Source: Candidatus Eiseniibacteriota bacterium (GTDB lineage Bacteria > Eisenbacteria > RBG-16-71-46). From it: DNA of 64,000 nt. The notes beneath the pieces were generated by a model. That model was not told where the DNA came from and ran no database searches. It worked only from the letters and a program-made list of their open reading frames with translations. The DNA lies in the NCBI GenBank assembly GCA_963776245.1, contig CAVZLN010000003.1, positions 288,001 through 352,000 on the forward strand, in the 5' to 3' direction. A program made the position numbers and the translations under genes. Shown one piece after another: positions 1 to 11,593 of this stretch (position 1 is its first letter; every line of letters begins with the position of its first letter).

Positions 1-1390
1 CGGCGCCGTCGAGCAGTTGGAGCACCGGCCGCTCCGCGGGCGGGCGCGACACGCCGGCGTCCCACCCGGATCCGGGCGCGGACACGATCAACTCCACCTT
101 CGGCGGCGGAACCGGGCGGGGCGGCGGCGGTGTGCGGGGCTGCCACGTGCCCGGGGCTCGCGGGTCGGCGTCCGGCGGCGCGGGCTCGGGCCGCGGCGCG
201 GCGGCCGCGTCCGTCGGCGGCACCGTGGGGCGGGCCGCGGGCTCGGCACGCGCCACCTCGGGCGCGCGCTCCGCGGCCCGGGCCGACCCCTCGGCGGTCC
301 GCTCCCCGGCGCGCGCGGGGTCGGGCACCGGCAGCGGCTCCACGCCGGCCAGCAGGCGCGCCACGTCCACCCGCCACCACGACTCGCCCTCGTCGGTGCG
401 CACCATCCCGTCCAGTCCGTCCACCGGAGCCGCGGTCGGAGCGACGCACCCGTCGGCCGGAAAACGCCACACCAGGCGGTCGGCCACCAGCCAGGCGCGA
501 CGCAGACCGTGCGCCACCATCACCACCGGCCGCTCGTCCTCGGACTCCACCAGCGGCGCCAGCGGGGCGATCTGCGCGGCCGGCGGCATCGCCGTGGCGA
601 CCTCGCGGTCGGCCATCAGGTGCACGTGGAGCACGGAGTGCCAGGGCAGCGCGAGGGGCAGCCCGCCCTGGACCACCATCAGGTAGGCCGCGCGCGCCGA
701 GTGCGCGGGCACGCGGATGCGCCACGTGCCCGGGGGCGCGGCCCCGCCGACCGGGCCGAGATTGCCGTCCACCGCGGCGAGCACCTCGCTCGCGGCGCGC
801 AGCCCCATCGGGTCGATGCCCGAGACCCACACCTCGAGCATCGAGTCCTCGGCGGTCACGCGCAGCGTGCGGGCCGGCGTGCCGCCCTCCAGCCAGTCGA
901 GCGCCGCGCGCAGCGCGGCGGCCACCGGCGCGGTGACCCGCACGCGCTCGAGCGCGTGGCCGTCCTCGCCGGGCACCGCGGGCAGATCCTCGATCACGTC
1001 CCCGATGGCGAGCGTGGCCACCGCGGGCTGGGGCCCGGCCTCGTGGAGCACCGCGGCCGACCACTCGAGCGCCTCGAGCTCGGCGGCGAGGCCGGACAGC
1101 TCGACCTCGGCGCGCGTGAACGGCGCGACCGAGCCCGCCTCGCGGGCGGCGTCGCAGAGGCGCGCGAGCCGCTGGATCACGCCCTCCACCGACTCCGGCC
1201 ACGGCACGCCCGCGTGTGGTTCGCACGCGCCCAGCAGGCGGTCGAGTCCCTCGAGTGACAACACCTGGGCGATCTCCCGCGCCACGCCGATGGCGGCTGG
1301 CGAGGTCGTCGGCGCCAGCACCGGCGCGAGCGCGCCGGTCAGCACGGAGGCGATCTCGCGCGCCTCGTCCGCGGAGCCGGAGAGGCTCAT
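1..1390 (-). CDS. CheA-like protein (degenerate Hpt and HATPase regions, CheW-like domain, Pro-rich linker); 3' end runs off the window
   Basis: Hand translation from ATG 1390 (ATGA overlap with the upstream stop at 1387-1389): MSLSGSADEAREIAS...AAIGVAREIAQVLSLEGLDRLLGACE...GLRAASEVLAAVDGNLGP...GTWRIRVP...YLMVVQGGLPLALPWHSV...PVVMVAHGLRRAWLVADRLVW...GMVRTDEGESWWRVDVARLL. The last parts match the CheA P4-end/P5 (CheW) pattern. Absent from the ORF track because there is no stop inside the window. Confidence 0.65.
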   Translation of the reverse strand, partial: MSLSGSADEAREIASVLTGALAPVLAPTTSPAAIGVAREIAQVLSLEGLDRLLGACEPHAGVPWPESVEGVIQRLARLCDAAREAGSVAPFTRAEVELSGLAAELEALEWSAAVLHEAGPQPAVATLAIGDVIEDLPAVPGEDGHALERVRVTAPVAAALRAALDWLEGGTPARTLRVTAEDSMLEVWVSGIDPMGLRAASEVLAAVDGNLGPVGGAAPPGTWRIRVPAHSARAAYLMVVQGGLPLALPWHSVLHVHLMADREVATAMPPAAQIAPLAPLVESEDERPVVMVAHGLRRAWLVADRLVWRFPADGCVAPTAAPVDGLDGMVRTDEGESWWRVDVARLLAGVEPLPVPDPARAGERTAEGSARAAERAPEVARAEPAARPTVPPTDAAAAPRPEPAPPDADPRAPGTWQPRTPPPPRPVPPPKVELIVSAPGSGWDAGVSRPPAERPVLQLLDGA

Positions 1391-2908
1391 CGGGCCTTCT
1401 CCCCGGGCGGGCGCGTGGCCTCGCCCTGCCGTCCGCTCTCGCGGCCGAGCAGGCGCAGCGAGCCGGGCGTGCCGGAACCAGTGCGGGTCTCGCCGGCGAG
1501 CGGCGAGCGGTCCGCGGCGGACGCGCCCGGCGTCGCGGCGGCCGTCGGTGACGCCGCGGACGGGGACTCGGACGCGGGCGCCAGGCGCACGATCAGCCCG
1601 TCGAGCTCGCGCGCCTCGTCGTCGAGGCGGCGCGACAGCCGCTGGGCGGCGCGCGACGCGCGCTCGCCGGCGGCCGACAGGCGCTCGCCCTTCCGGGTGG
1701 CGTCCCCGACCATCTCGCGCACCCGCTCGAGCAGCCGGGCGGCGTCGTCCGGCAGCGCGATGCGGCGCGACGGCGGCGACCTCGGGAGGGGGCAGCTGCT
1801 CGAGGCGCACCGCGATGTCGGCGCGCACGCGCGCCATGCGTTCGGCCGCCGCCGCGACCTCGCTGTCGACGTCGGCGGCCAGCGCGGTGGTGCGCTCGGT
1901 GGCTTCGCGCACGTCGCGGGCGAGTCGCTTGAGCTGCTCGGCCTGGGACTCGGGCGTCGGCCCGGCGGCCACGACGTTGAGCGCGATGAGCGTGGCGCGG
2001 TTGGCGAGCCGCTGGACGTGGTCGGCGATCTCCTGGACCCGCAGCATGCCGGCGGCGAGGTGCTCGACGCTCTCGACCGACGCGGTCACCAGGTCCCGGA
2101 TGGCGGCGGCGGCGGCGGTGCGGATCGCCTCGACGGCGCTCGCCTGGGACGCGGACTCCGGCGGGGCCGGGAGCCGAAGGAGGCTCGCCGCCAGCTCGCC
2201 GCCGAGGCGATGCAGCTCGCGCACGGTGGTGAGCAGCGCGGTCGCTTCGACGAAGCCGCGCTCGGTCTGCTCGGCCGACTCGCGCGCGTCGGCGACCGCC
2301 TCGTGGATCTCGTCGCGGACCTGGCGCGCGGCGTCGGTGTTCTCGTCGCGGATGGCCTGGCCGCGCGCCAGCGTGCGGTTGAGCACCCCGGTCAGGGGCG
2401 CCAGCGTGATGCCGTCGATCACCAGCGGCTCCCAGCGTTCGGTGCGGCCCCAGCGCTCCAGCGCCTCGCGCAGGCGCGCCAGCTGGACCAGCAGCGCCTC
2501 GAGCTCGTTCGCCGAGCGCTGGGACTGGTGGCGGCGCACGAGCAGCTGTTGGATCTGCTGCGTGAGCTGGGACAGCTCGCCCCACCCGGACGCCGAGGGC
2601 AGGCCGCGCAGGTCGCTGACGCGCTCCCCCGCCACGCCCCGGATCAATCCGTCGAGATGCCCCACCACGTGACGATCGAGCCACAGTGCGGTGATCAGGC
2701 CCAACGCCACCCCGACCCCCCCGATCGCCGGCAGCCACACCCACACCAGGTCCGGCGCCAGCAGTCCCGAGGCGCGCGTGGACACGACCCACCACAGCAG
2801 GCCGCCGGCAGCGGCCGGGGCGACCAGGCAGCCGAACCACAGCCGGAGGCGCAGCCCGGGGCCGGAATGGGCCACCGGAACCGGTTTGGGATGCGCGGGT
2901 TCAGCCAT
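1387..2908 (-). CDS. Divergent methyl-accepting chemotaxis-like protein (two TM helices, HAMP-like region, coiled-coil signalling domain); one frameshift near 1760-1790
   Basis: From ATG 2908: two hydrophobic segments (LWFGCLVAPAAAGGLLWWVV; LVWVWLPAIGGVGVALGLITALWL), HAMP-like GELSQLTQQIQQL, and VQEIADHVQRLANRATLIALN resembling MCP [14 protein letters not shown]. The C-terminal part continues in the 1387..1722 ORF frame. Confidence 0.65.
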
Positions 2909-3065
2909 GGCGCGGCCGTCCGGAGGGAGGACGAGGCAGGAAGGATGGGCAGTGGCTCACGACCATGGACTCCGCAATTCACATGCCCCGCCCGGCGCCC
3001 GGCCGCGTCGGACCGGGCAGGGGCCGGCGCGGCCGGGCGGGGGCCGGCGCGAGCGGCCGGGCCCC

Positions 3066-3092
3066 CTATCGGCGGCGCCACCGTGCGGTTCG
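3066..3092 (-). promoter_or_regulatory. Putative sigma28 (FliA)-type promoter for the MCP/CheA-like operon
   Basis: Minus strand CGAA-N15-GCCGATAG. The -10 is near the consensus GCCGATAA; the -35 is weak. It faces chemosensory-like genes. Confidence 0.5.
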
Positions 3093-3397
3093 CACGAGCG
3101 ACGCTATCGCACGCCATCCCATGCGGCTGCGCGCGCGGCGGCGCACCCGGCACGCGGCCCGGATGTCAGCGGGTTGCGAAACAGCATAGCGGTCGGGACC
3201 GCGCGCGACCACCCCCACGCGCGGGCGCCCCGGCCGGAGCCGCCGGGCAGAGGTGGGTCGGAACCCCCGGCCGCTGAGCGTTCGCGCGTGAAACCGGCGC
3301 CATCACGACGCTTGCCGACCGGGCGGCCGGGCGCTCCGGGACCCACTGAACGCGGCGCGCGCAATGGATGCGGTGCGGGCGAGCGGATCGCGGTGCG

Positions 3398-3413
3398 TGG
3401 CACGGGGACTGCA
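3398..3413 (+). promoter_or_regulatory. Putative sigma54 -24/-12 promoter
   Basis: TGGCACGGGGACTGCA versus consensus TGGCACG-N4-TTGCW (one mismatch, correct GG/GC spacing), 73 nt upstream of ATG 3487. Confidence 0.7.
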
Positions 3414-3486
3414 TTCCATCTGGACCGAGTGCAGGGGCGAGTCCCGCCCCGCGAGCCGGTAGGACACCGCACGCACGAGGCGCCCG

Positions 3487-4248
3487 ATGAACCCGCGTCA
3501 CTACATCGACCTCAAGGAATCGAGCCGCGACCTCCAGCCGACCTACTATTTCATGATCAACTGTCTCCTCTACAGCCGCATGGAGACGGGGCTGGTCTCG
3601 AACCAGGAGTGCTACGACGAGGACGTGAACGTCTACCTCGCGCACCTGCTCCACTCGTTCATCAACCCCGAGTTCGTGGAGCAGTCGAAGCGGTTCCTCT
3701 CGAAGTACGACACCGACGTGTTCCGCCGCCTGTCCGGCTCGTCCGACGCGCGGCTGAAGTACATGATCTACAAGACCAACGCCGACTTCCTGCTGGTCTC
3801 GATCGGGATCTTCGACAACCCGATGGCGGCGGGGGGCGCGCGGCGCGGCCAGCCCGGCGAGGAGGCCTACGTCGGCCGGGGCAAGACCTACTACCACTTC
3901 GCGTACTCGTACGCGCAGCAGATCCACCGCAAGAACGCGGGCGTGGCCGAGGTGCTCGAGAAGCTCTCGGTCGGATTCGACAAGTACATCCGGATCCTGT
4001 CGCACATGCGTGGCGAGTATCTCGATCTGATGAAACGGCTGTCCCAGGGCGAGGTCTATCATCTCGAGCGCTCGGTCGACGAGCACGCGCAGCGCGAGCT
4101 GCTCCGCCTCAAGCAGGACGAGTTGCTCGAGTTGTACTCCGCCTGGAAGACCCAGCCGGACCCCCGGACCACGGAGGACCTCGAGCGGGTGGTGAGTGAG
4201 ATCCGTCAGCTGAACCCGTCGTTCAAGTTCGAGCTACCGAAGCGCTGA
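3487..4248 (+). CDS. Conserved-looking cytoplasmic helical protein of unknown function (253 aa)
   Basis: Strong GC3 codon bias, GAGG RBS, complex composition (EDVNVYLAHLL, NADFLLVSIGIF, GRGKTYYHFAY); followed by a terminator. Confidence 0.85.
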   Translation: MNPRHYIDLKESSRDLQPTYYFMINCLLYSRMETGLVSNQECYDEDVNVYLAHLLHSFINPEFVEQSKRFLSKYDTDVFRRLSGSSDARLKYMIYKTNADFLLVSIGIFDNPMAAGGARRGQPGEEAYVGRGKTYYHFAYSYAQQIHRKNAGVAEVLEKLSVGFDKYIRILSHMRGEYLDLMKRLSQGEVYHLERSVDEHAQRELLRLKQDELLELYSAWKTQPDPRTTEDLERVVSEIRQLNPSFKFELPKR

Positions 4249-4273
4249 CGCCGCGCGTCACGCCGGCGTGACG

Positions 4274-4307
4274 GAGACCCCGCCGTGGGAGGACGGCGGG
4301 GTCTTTC
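4274..4307 (+). terminator. Intrinsic terminator between convergent genes
   Basis: AGACCCCGCCGT-GGGAGG-ACGGCGGGGTCT followed by TT; a perfect palindrome GTCACGCCGGCGTGAC lies just upstream (4257-4272). Confidence 0.75.
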
Positions 4308-4308
4308 G

Positions 4309-5685
4309 TCAGGCGCGCGGTCGCCCGCGGGGCGGGGACGCGGCGCGATCCGGTGCTCGCTGCCCGCGGAGGGCGGCCCGCAACGCGTCCCCGTCGACCA
4401 GGTGCCACCACGCACACCCCAGCGCGATCATCGTCACCAGCTGATTGCGGTAGGTGAACCAGTAGTGCCGGTTCGAGTGCTGGGCCGCCGCCGCGTACCA
4501 CAGATAGGGGCCGGCCGCGATGACCACGAGGAGCGCCAGGAACCACCCGTCCGTCCGCGGCCTGCGGAACCGGAGGACGAGCGCTCCCGCGGCCGCCAGC
4601 GTCAGGCCATAGAGCACGATGTTGAGCTTCAGACGCTGCGGATCGTCCCACTCCAGGAGCGCGGCGACGTTGAGCAACGGGGCGCTGATCCTCCCCGGCA
4701 CCGTGAAGCCGACCAGCGAGTCCAGCATCTGCGAGACGTTCGTGCTCTTCGCGCCGCCGCGCAGCGCCAGCTGCTCGAGCCCGTCCGCGATCACGTCCTG
4801 TCCCAGCAACGCCGAGGCGAGCACCCACTTTCCGCCCCAGCACGCCGCGTACGCGAACAGCCACGCCGCGCTGCAGCCGAGGACCCGCCGCGGCCCCTCG
4901 CGGAGCCCCGCCAGGCGGTGCCGGGAGCGCAGTCCGTGCACCAGGATCACGAGCGGGACGCCGAGGGTCATCAACGGCGCTGAGAGCACGTCGAAGAACG
5001 CCGTCAGGGCACCGGCGACCGAGAAGGTCGCGATCTGGAAGGTGTCGGACCGCCCGCGGCTCCGGGCCACGAACAGCGACAGCGCCATCGCGAGCACGTA
5101 GGTCTGGACGAGCTGGAGGCTCTGCACCGCGGCCAGGACATTGCTGAGCAGCAGCGCCAGGAGGATCGCGACCGCGAGCGGCGCGTCGGTCCTCCACAGC
5201 GTGCGCGTCAGCAGGCCGGTGAGGAGCGCGAGGATCGCCCCGAGGACGAGCAGGACCTGTCCGCGGTCGAGGAGGACGAGCAACGGCCGCAGGTAGACCA
5301 GGTACCCGTGCCAGTAGCGGGCGTAGGACCAGGCCCGGCTCGGCTGCGACGAAGCGAGCGGTCCGAGCGGCAGCCAGGTGGTCGAGTCCAGCGCGGACTC
5401 GCGCAGCGAATCGGCCAGCGCGGCGTGGAGCGGATGGCGCGCGTCGACCGTGTACGCCACGTTGAGCATGACCGCATCGGTGTAATGGTCGAGTTGGAAG
5501 GCCTTCGACTGGACGCCGAAGGCCCGCGGGTAGCCGCCGCCCGGCAGAAGATCGGCGGCGGACTCCCGGCACTTCCCCTCGATGGCGGCGCGCGGGACCA
5601 GGCAGGACGCCGTGAGCGCGAGCAGGAACACCAGGCAGAGCGCGGGCGGAACGAGCAGCATCGCCACCACGGACCGCCGGTTCAC
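4309..5685 (-). CDS. Multi-pass membrane protein, putative GT-C-fold glycosyltransferase (YxRYWHG family, YfdI/Gtr-like)
   Basis: GTG 5685 overlaps the asnB stop (GTGA); N-terminal TM, periplasmic loop with DHYTDAVML and YARYWHGY, then about 10 TM segments; HYWFTYR near the C-terminus. Confidence 0.6.
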   Translation of the reverse strand: MNRRSVVAMLLVPPALCLVFLLALTASCLVPRAAIEGKCRESAADLLPGGGYPRAFGVQSKAFQLDHYTDAVMLNVAYTVDARHPLHAALADSLRESALDSTTWLPLGPLASSQPSRAWSYARYWHGYLVYLRPLLVLLDRGQVLLVLGAILALLTGLLTRTLWRTDAPLAVAILLALLLSNVLAAVQSLQLVQTYVLAMALSLFVARSRGRSDTFQIATFSVAGALTAFFDVLSAPLMTLGVPLVILVHGLRSRHRLAGLREGPRRVLGCSAAWLFAYAACWGGKWVLASALLGQDVIADGLEQLALRGGAKSTNVSQMLDSLVGFTVPGRISAPLLNVAALLEWDDPQRLKLNIVLYGLTLAAAGALVLRFRRPRTDGWFLALLVVIAAGPYLWYAAAAQHSNRHYWFTYRNQLVTMIALGCAWWHLVDGDALRAALRGQRAPDRAASPPRGRPRA

Positions 5686-7627
5686 CGGTGCTCCGCCCCG
5701 ACGCCGGCGGGGACGCGTCCCGCCACCCAGCACTCCGCCCACATCTGCAGGCTGAGCACGGTCCACAGCGTGCGCCCGCGCTCCACCCGGCCCGCGAGGT
5801 GATCGTCGAGCAGGGTCGCGACCGCGGCCGGATCGAGCACGCCCGCGTTGCGCACGCGCTCCGGCGCCAGGCGCGCGCCCACCAGGCCGCGCAGCGGCCC
5901 GCGCGACCACACGGTGAACGGCGGCGAGAAGCCCTGCTTGCGGCGCGTCAGCACCTCCCGCGGCAGCAGGTCGCGCGCCAGCTGGCGGAGCACCCACTTG
6001 CCGGTGGTGCCGCGCAGCTTGAGCGGCCGCCGGCAGCCGCATCGCGTGCTCGATGAGCGCGTGGCGGAGGAACGGCGCGCGCGACTCGACGACCGTGCCC
6101 CATGGTGCAGCGGTCCACCTTGGTGAGCAGCCCGGTCAGGTAGGTCTCGAAGTCGAACAGCTGATAGGCCACCAGCCGCGGATCGCGTTCGAGGTCACCC
6201 ACCGGCGCCTCGCGCAGGTCGCGCGTCACGCGATCGAGATGGGCGAGCGGATCGTCCTCGGAGATCCGCGCGCGCAGCTCCGGCGACAGCAGGGCGCGTG
6301 CCTCCGCCGGGGTCGCGGTGCCGAACCACGCCAGGTGCCGTTCGAACGGACGCAGCCCGGCCGACGACAGGAAGCGCTCGGCGAGCATGGCGATCGAGAC
6401 GTGCGTGTGCGCCGGACGCAGCCGCCGCGCCAGCGCCACCAGCGCGCCGCGCAGCCCGGACGGGAGGAGGCGCGCGCGCGTGGCGTGGGCGTGCCCGAGG
6501 TAGGTCGGGTAGCCCGCGAACAGCTCGTCGCCGCCCTCGCCGGTGAGCACCACCGGCACGTGGCGCGCCGCCATGCGCGCGACCGCCCAGGTGGGCAGCA
6601 CGCTCGGGTCGCCGAGCGGCTGGTCGAGCGCTGCCGCCCAAGTCTCGATCACCTCGTCGCCGCCCGCGGCGTCGAGCGTCGTCCTCGTGATGGTCCGCGC
6701 CGATGGCGCGCGCCACCGCGCGCGCGTACTGGATCTCGTCGTACCCCCGCCCCTCGAGGCGCAGGCTGAAGGTCGGGACCGGGGCGTGCGCGGGCGCGCG
6801 CCGCGAGCGCCGCGACCAGCGCGGAGTCGACGCCGCCCGAGAGGAACACGCCGAAGGGCACCTCGCCGGGGATGCGCGAGCGCGACCGCGAGGTCGAGCG
6901 CCTCGCCGGTGCGCGGCGACGCCGCCGTCGGGGGCCATCCGGCCGGCAGCGTGTCCCACGGGCGCCAGTAGCGCCGCAGGCGCTCGCCGTCCTCGCGGCG
7001 CTCGAGCACGTGCGCGGGCGGCAGCTGGCGCACCGCCTCGAACGCGCAATCGCCGCCGACGAAGAACCCGTGCACCAGGTAGCGCGACAGCGCCGCCGGC
7101 GCGGGATCGCGCGACACCCACGGCAGCGCGAACAGCGCGCCCGGCTCCGAGGCGAAGGCGAACGCTCCGCCCGCCGCGGTCACGAACAGCGGCTTCTCGC
7201 CCGCGCGATCGCGCGCCAGCACCAGCGTGCGCGTGGCCGCGTCCCACACCACCGCCGCGAACATGCCGTCGAGGTGCCCGGGGAAGTCCGCGCCGTGCTC
7301 CTCGTAGAGGTGCGTGACCACCGCGGTGTCGATTCCGGTCTCGACGCGGTGGCCGCGCGCGCGCAGGCCGTCGCGCAGCTCGGTGTGGTTGTAGATCTCG
7401 CCGTTCACCAGCGCGTGGCGCGTCCCCGACTCGTCGTGGAACAGGTGCGGGGGCTCGTGCGGGGCGACGATGGCGAGGCGCGCGATGCCGAGCGCGACCT
7501 GGTCGTCGCCCCACAGCGCGCGGCCGTTGGGGCCGCGATGCGCGAGCCGGTCGACCATCGCGCCGACCCGCACGTGGCGCTCGTCCTCCGACATCCGGGG
7601 GGCCCACAGGCCCGCGATCCCGCACAT
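5682..7627 (-). CDS. asnB: Asparagine synthase (glutamine-hydrolysing) family amidotransferase, split by several frameshifts
   Basis: MCGIAG (Ntn Cys2), HRGP, NGEIYN, RDRAGEKPL, FLSGGVDS (6649..6861 frame), GEGGDELFAGY, KVDR, RRKQGF (5682..5993 frame). Confidence 0.9.
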
Positions 7628-7664
7628 GGTCGATGGTCTCTCGGTGTGGCCGCGCGCCGCGCGG

Positions 7665-9164
7665 TCAGGGACGGGGAACGGCGCGATACGCCACGAAGCG
7701 CGCGTCGCGATGGAACTCGGTCATGCCGGCCGGAGCCGCGTCGGACGCCTTCACCGAGCGCACCACGACCTCGGCCGGCGCGGCCGGCGCCACGTCGGAC
7801 GCGGTCCACAGACCACGGAGGCGCAGCGCCGCCGCGTAGCGTACCTGATAATTGCTGGTGGTCTCCCTCCCGTTCTCGCTCACCAGCGCGGAGCGGCGGC
7901 CGAGCAGGTAGTCGGTTCCGGGGCTGTAGCACCGCTCGTAACGCACGCTCTCGGCGCCCGCGGCGCGGATCGCGGCGGCGAGCGGGGCGCCGGAGGTGGC
8001 CGTCGCCGCCGCGCGCAGCCGCGCATACCCCGCTCCCAGCAGCAGCGGCGTGAACCCGACCACCGCGGCGAAGGCGAGCGCGCGCCGCCGCGTCGGCGCC
8101 GCGTCCGCCCAGCACAGGGCCGCGAGCCACGCCAGCGGCGGCAGCGCCGGCAGCAGGTAGGTGACGAGCTTGGAACGCGAGAGCGTGAAGAACAGCGCGG
8201 CGAACACCACGAATCCGAGCGCCACCGCGATCCCCGGCCGGGCCCCCGCCGGCGCCTCGCGCAGCCGGCGGGCGCTCCACGGCGTGGCGAGCGACCACGG
8301 CAGCGCGCCCCCGACCAGCACCGCGGGCACGAACCACCACGGCTGCTCGCGCCGGAACGAGCCGCTCGTCAGGCGCTCGAACGACTCCTCGAGGAACGCG
8401 TAGCGCGGGTACTCGGGATGGCGCGCGCACGCCAGCGCGAACCAGGCCCCCGCGAGTCCGAGCGCCAGCAGCCAGCCCGGCCACCACGCGAGCCACCGCA
8501 GCGGCGCGCGCGCGCGCATCAGCAGCGCGGTCGCCGCGCTGCCGCCGAGCGCCCACGCCAGCATCACCGGTCCCTTGAGGAGCAGGCCGAGACCGATCGC
8601 GGCGAACAGGGACGCGCGTCCGCGCGGCGTCGATCCGTCGCGCAATTCGTCGGCGACCGCGGTCCACACCACGGTCACGCACAGGGCCAGCGGCACGTCG
8701 AAGATGACGTACGCGCTCATGGTGGCGAACAGCGGCGCGGCGGCGAGCAGCGCGGCGGCGCGCCACGCGACCCGGCCGCCGGCGGCGCGGCGCGCGAACG
8801 CGGCCAGGGCCAGCAGCGTGGCGAGTCCCGCGGCCATCGCCGGCAGGCGCGCCGCGAGCGGCGTCGGCCCGAGCACGCGGATGGCGGCCGCGGCAGCCCA
8901 GAACAGCGCCGGCGGCTTGTCGAGGTAGGGCATCCCCGCCAGGTGCGGGACCACCACGTCGCCGGCGGCGGCCATCTCGCGCGCGACCTCGGCGTTGCGG
9001 CCCTCGTCGGGATCCACGAGCGGGATCGTGGTGGCCAGCCCCAGCGAGATCGCGAGCGAGGCCAGCAGGACGAGGGCCATCGCGCGACCGTGCCCGCGTG
9101 CGGGGACGACCGCGGCGGGATGGGGCGACGCGGGGATGCCGGCGCGGCTCGGGCGGGTGGCCAT
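7665..9164 (-). CDS. ArnT/PMT-family (GT-C) membrane glycosyltransferase
   Basis: [47 protein letters not shown] motifs; many TM helices. Confidence 0.85.
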   Translation of the reverse strand: MATRPSRAGIPASPHPAAVVPARGHGRAMALVLLASLAISLGLATTIPLVDPDEGRNAEVAREMAAAGDVVVPHLAGMPYLDKPPALFWAAAAAIRVLGPTPLAARLPAMAAGLATLLALAAFARRAAGGRVAWRAAALLAAAPLFATMSAYVIFDVPLALCVTVVWTAVADELRDGSTPRGRASLFAAIGLGLLLKGPVMLAWALGGSAATALLMRARAPLRWLAWWPGWLLALGLAGAWFALACARHPEYPRYAFLEESFERLTSGSFRREQPWWFVPAVLVGGALPWSLATPWSARRLREAPAGARPGIAVALGFVVFAALFFTLSRSKLVTYLLPALPPLAWLAALCWADAAPTRRRALAFAAVVGFTPLLLGAGYARLRAAATATSGAPLAAAIRAAGAESVRYERCYSPGTDYLLGRRSALVSENGRETTSNYQVRYAAALRLRGLWTASDVAPAAPAEVVVRSVKASDAAPAGMTEFHRDARFVAYRAVPRP

Positions 9165-9168
9165 CGCG

Positions 9169-10663
<1,495 letters not shown>

Positions 10664-10719
10664 GGCGCGTCGCTCCCCGAAACGAAGAAGCCGCAGCCGA
10701 CCGCGCCGCGGCTCCGCAC

Positions 10720-11499
10720 TCAGTGCGCCGGAGGCGGCACGGCGGAGGGGTCCGCCGCCGTCTTCTTCGCCTGGTTGAGGAGATTGAAATGGTAGTTGGC
10801 GCCCACGCGCAGCTCGAACACGCCGAGCGTGCTGTTGAACCCGGACGGGAAGCTCGCGTCGTCCTGCGCCGCCACGTAGTGCGAGGTCGCCGCGCCCTCG
10901 ACGCTCACCGCGGGCAATGCCTTGAGGAAGCGCTCCGCGCCGATCTCGATCGTGGCGCCGGGGTAGAGTCCGCGGTGCAGCTTCAGGCTCACGGGGTCCT
11001 TGACCACCCAGCGGGCGTCCTCGACCCACACCCGATACAGTCCCGGGCCCGCGCCGATGTGGTACAGCCAGGCGCCGCGGCGCGCGAGCAGCTGCATCTC
11101 CGCGCTCATCGGCAGCAGCAGCGTGAGGTACTTGCCCTTGTCGAGGTCGGCCAGGTGGTTCGGCTCCTTGAACGGCGGCTTCTCGCGGTTGGTGTAGGCC
11201 GCCCACGCGAACCCCGGGCTCACCTGCCACCGCAGCCACGGCCTCATCGTGTAACGGAACGCGGCGCTGAAGGCCATGCGGGGCTGCGCGCCCTTGGAAT
11301 AGTCCTCGGCGGCGTAGAAGAGCGATCCGCCGGTCATGCCGCCGATGGAGCCCGTGCCGGGCACGGCGCCCATGACCGGGGGCCGAGCCGCCGGCGGGGT
11401 GGCCGGTGCGGGGGGCGTCGCCTCCTGCGCCAGACACGCCGATGCGGCCGTGAGCAACGCCGCGGCCGCGATGCTCACCCAGAGGTAGCGCGAGTTCAT
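10720..11499 (-). CDS. Secreted protein, likely small outer-membrane beta-barrel
   Basis: Signal peptide, amphipathic strands ([24 protein letters not shown]), last strand [11 protein letters not shown]. Confidence 0.65.
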   Translation of the reverse strand: MNSRYLWVSIAAAALLTAASACLAQEATPPAPATPPAARPPVMGAVPGTGSIGGMTGGSLFYAAEDYSKGAQPRMAFSAAFRYTMRPWLRWQVSPGFAWAAYTNREKPPFKEPNHLADLDKGKYLTLLLPMSAEMQLLARRGAWLYHIGAGPGLYRVWVEDARWVVKDPVSLKLHRGLYPGATIEIGAERFLKALPAVSVEGAATSHYVAAQDDASFPSGFNSTLGVFELRVGANYHFNLLNQAKKTAADPSAVPPPAH

Positions 11500-11563
11500 G
11501 CGATGGAGACTCCCCTTCCGGGTCGGAAGGCAAGAAGGTGGGCCCGGTGCAGACGAGGCGCGG

Positions 11564-11593
11564 AGTATAGGAATGCCGTTCCGGGCCCGTCAA
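11564..11593 (-). promoter_or_regulatory. Sigma70-type promoter for the OMP-guaB-arnT-asnB operon
   Basis: Minus strand TTGACG-N18-TATACT. Confidence 0.7.

Noticed and set aside
1..2908. One continuous minus-strand frame from 2908 to the window edge, suggesting an MCP-CheA fusion
   Set aside because: Between about 1770 and 1390 this frame is Arg/Gly-rich nonsense, while the alternative frame continues the coiled coil and ends in an ATGA overlap. Two genes plus one indel is more parsimonious.
5682..7627. AsnB-like gene as a lasso peptide cyclase
   Set aside because: It retains the Ntn Cys2 glutaminase domain, and no precursor, RRE or leader peptidase gene is nearby.
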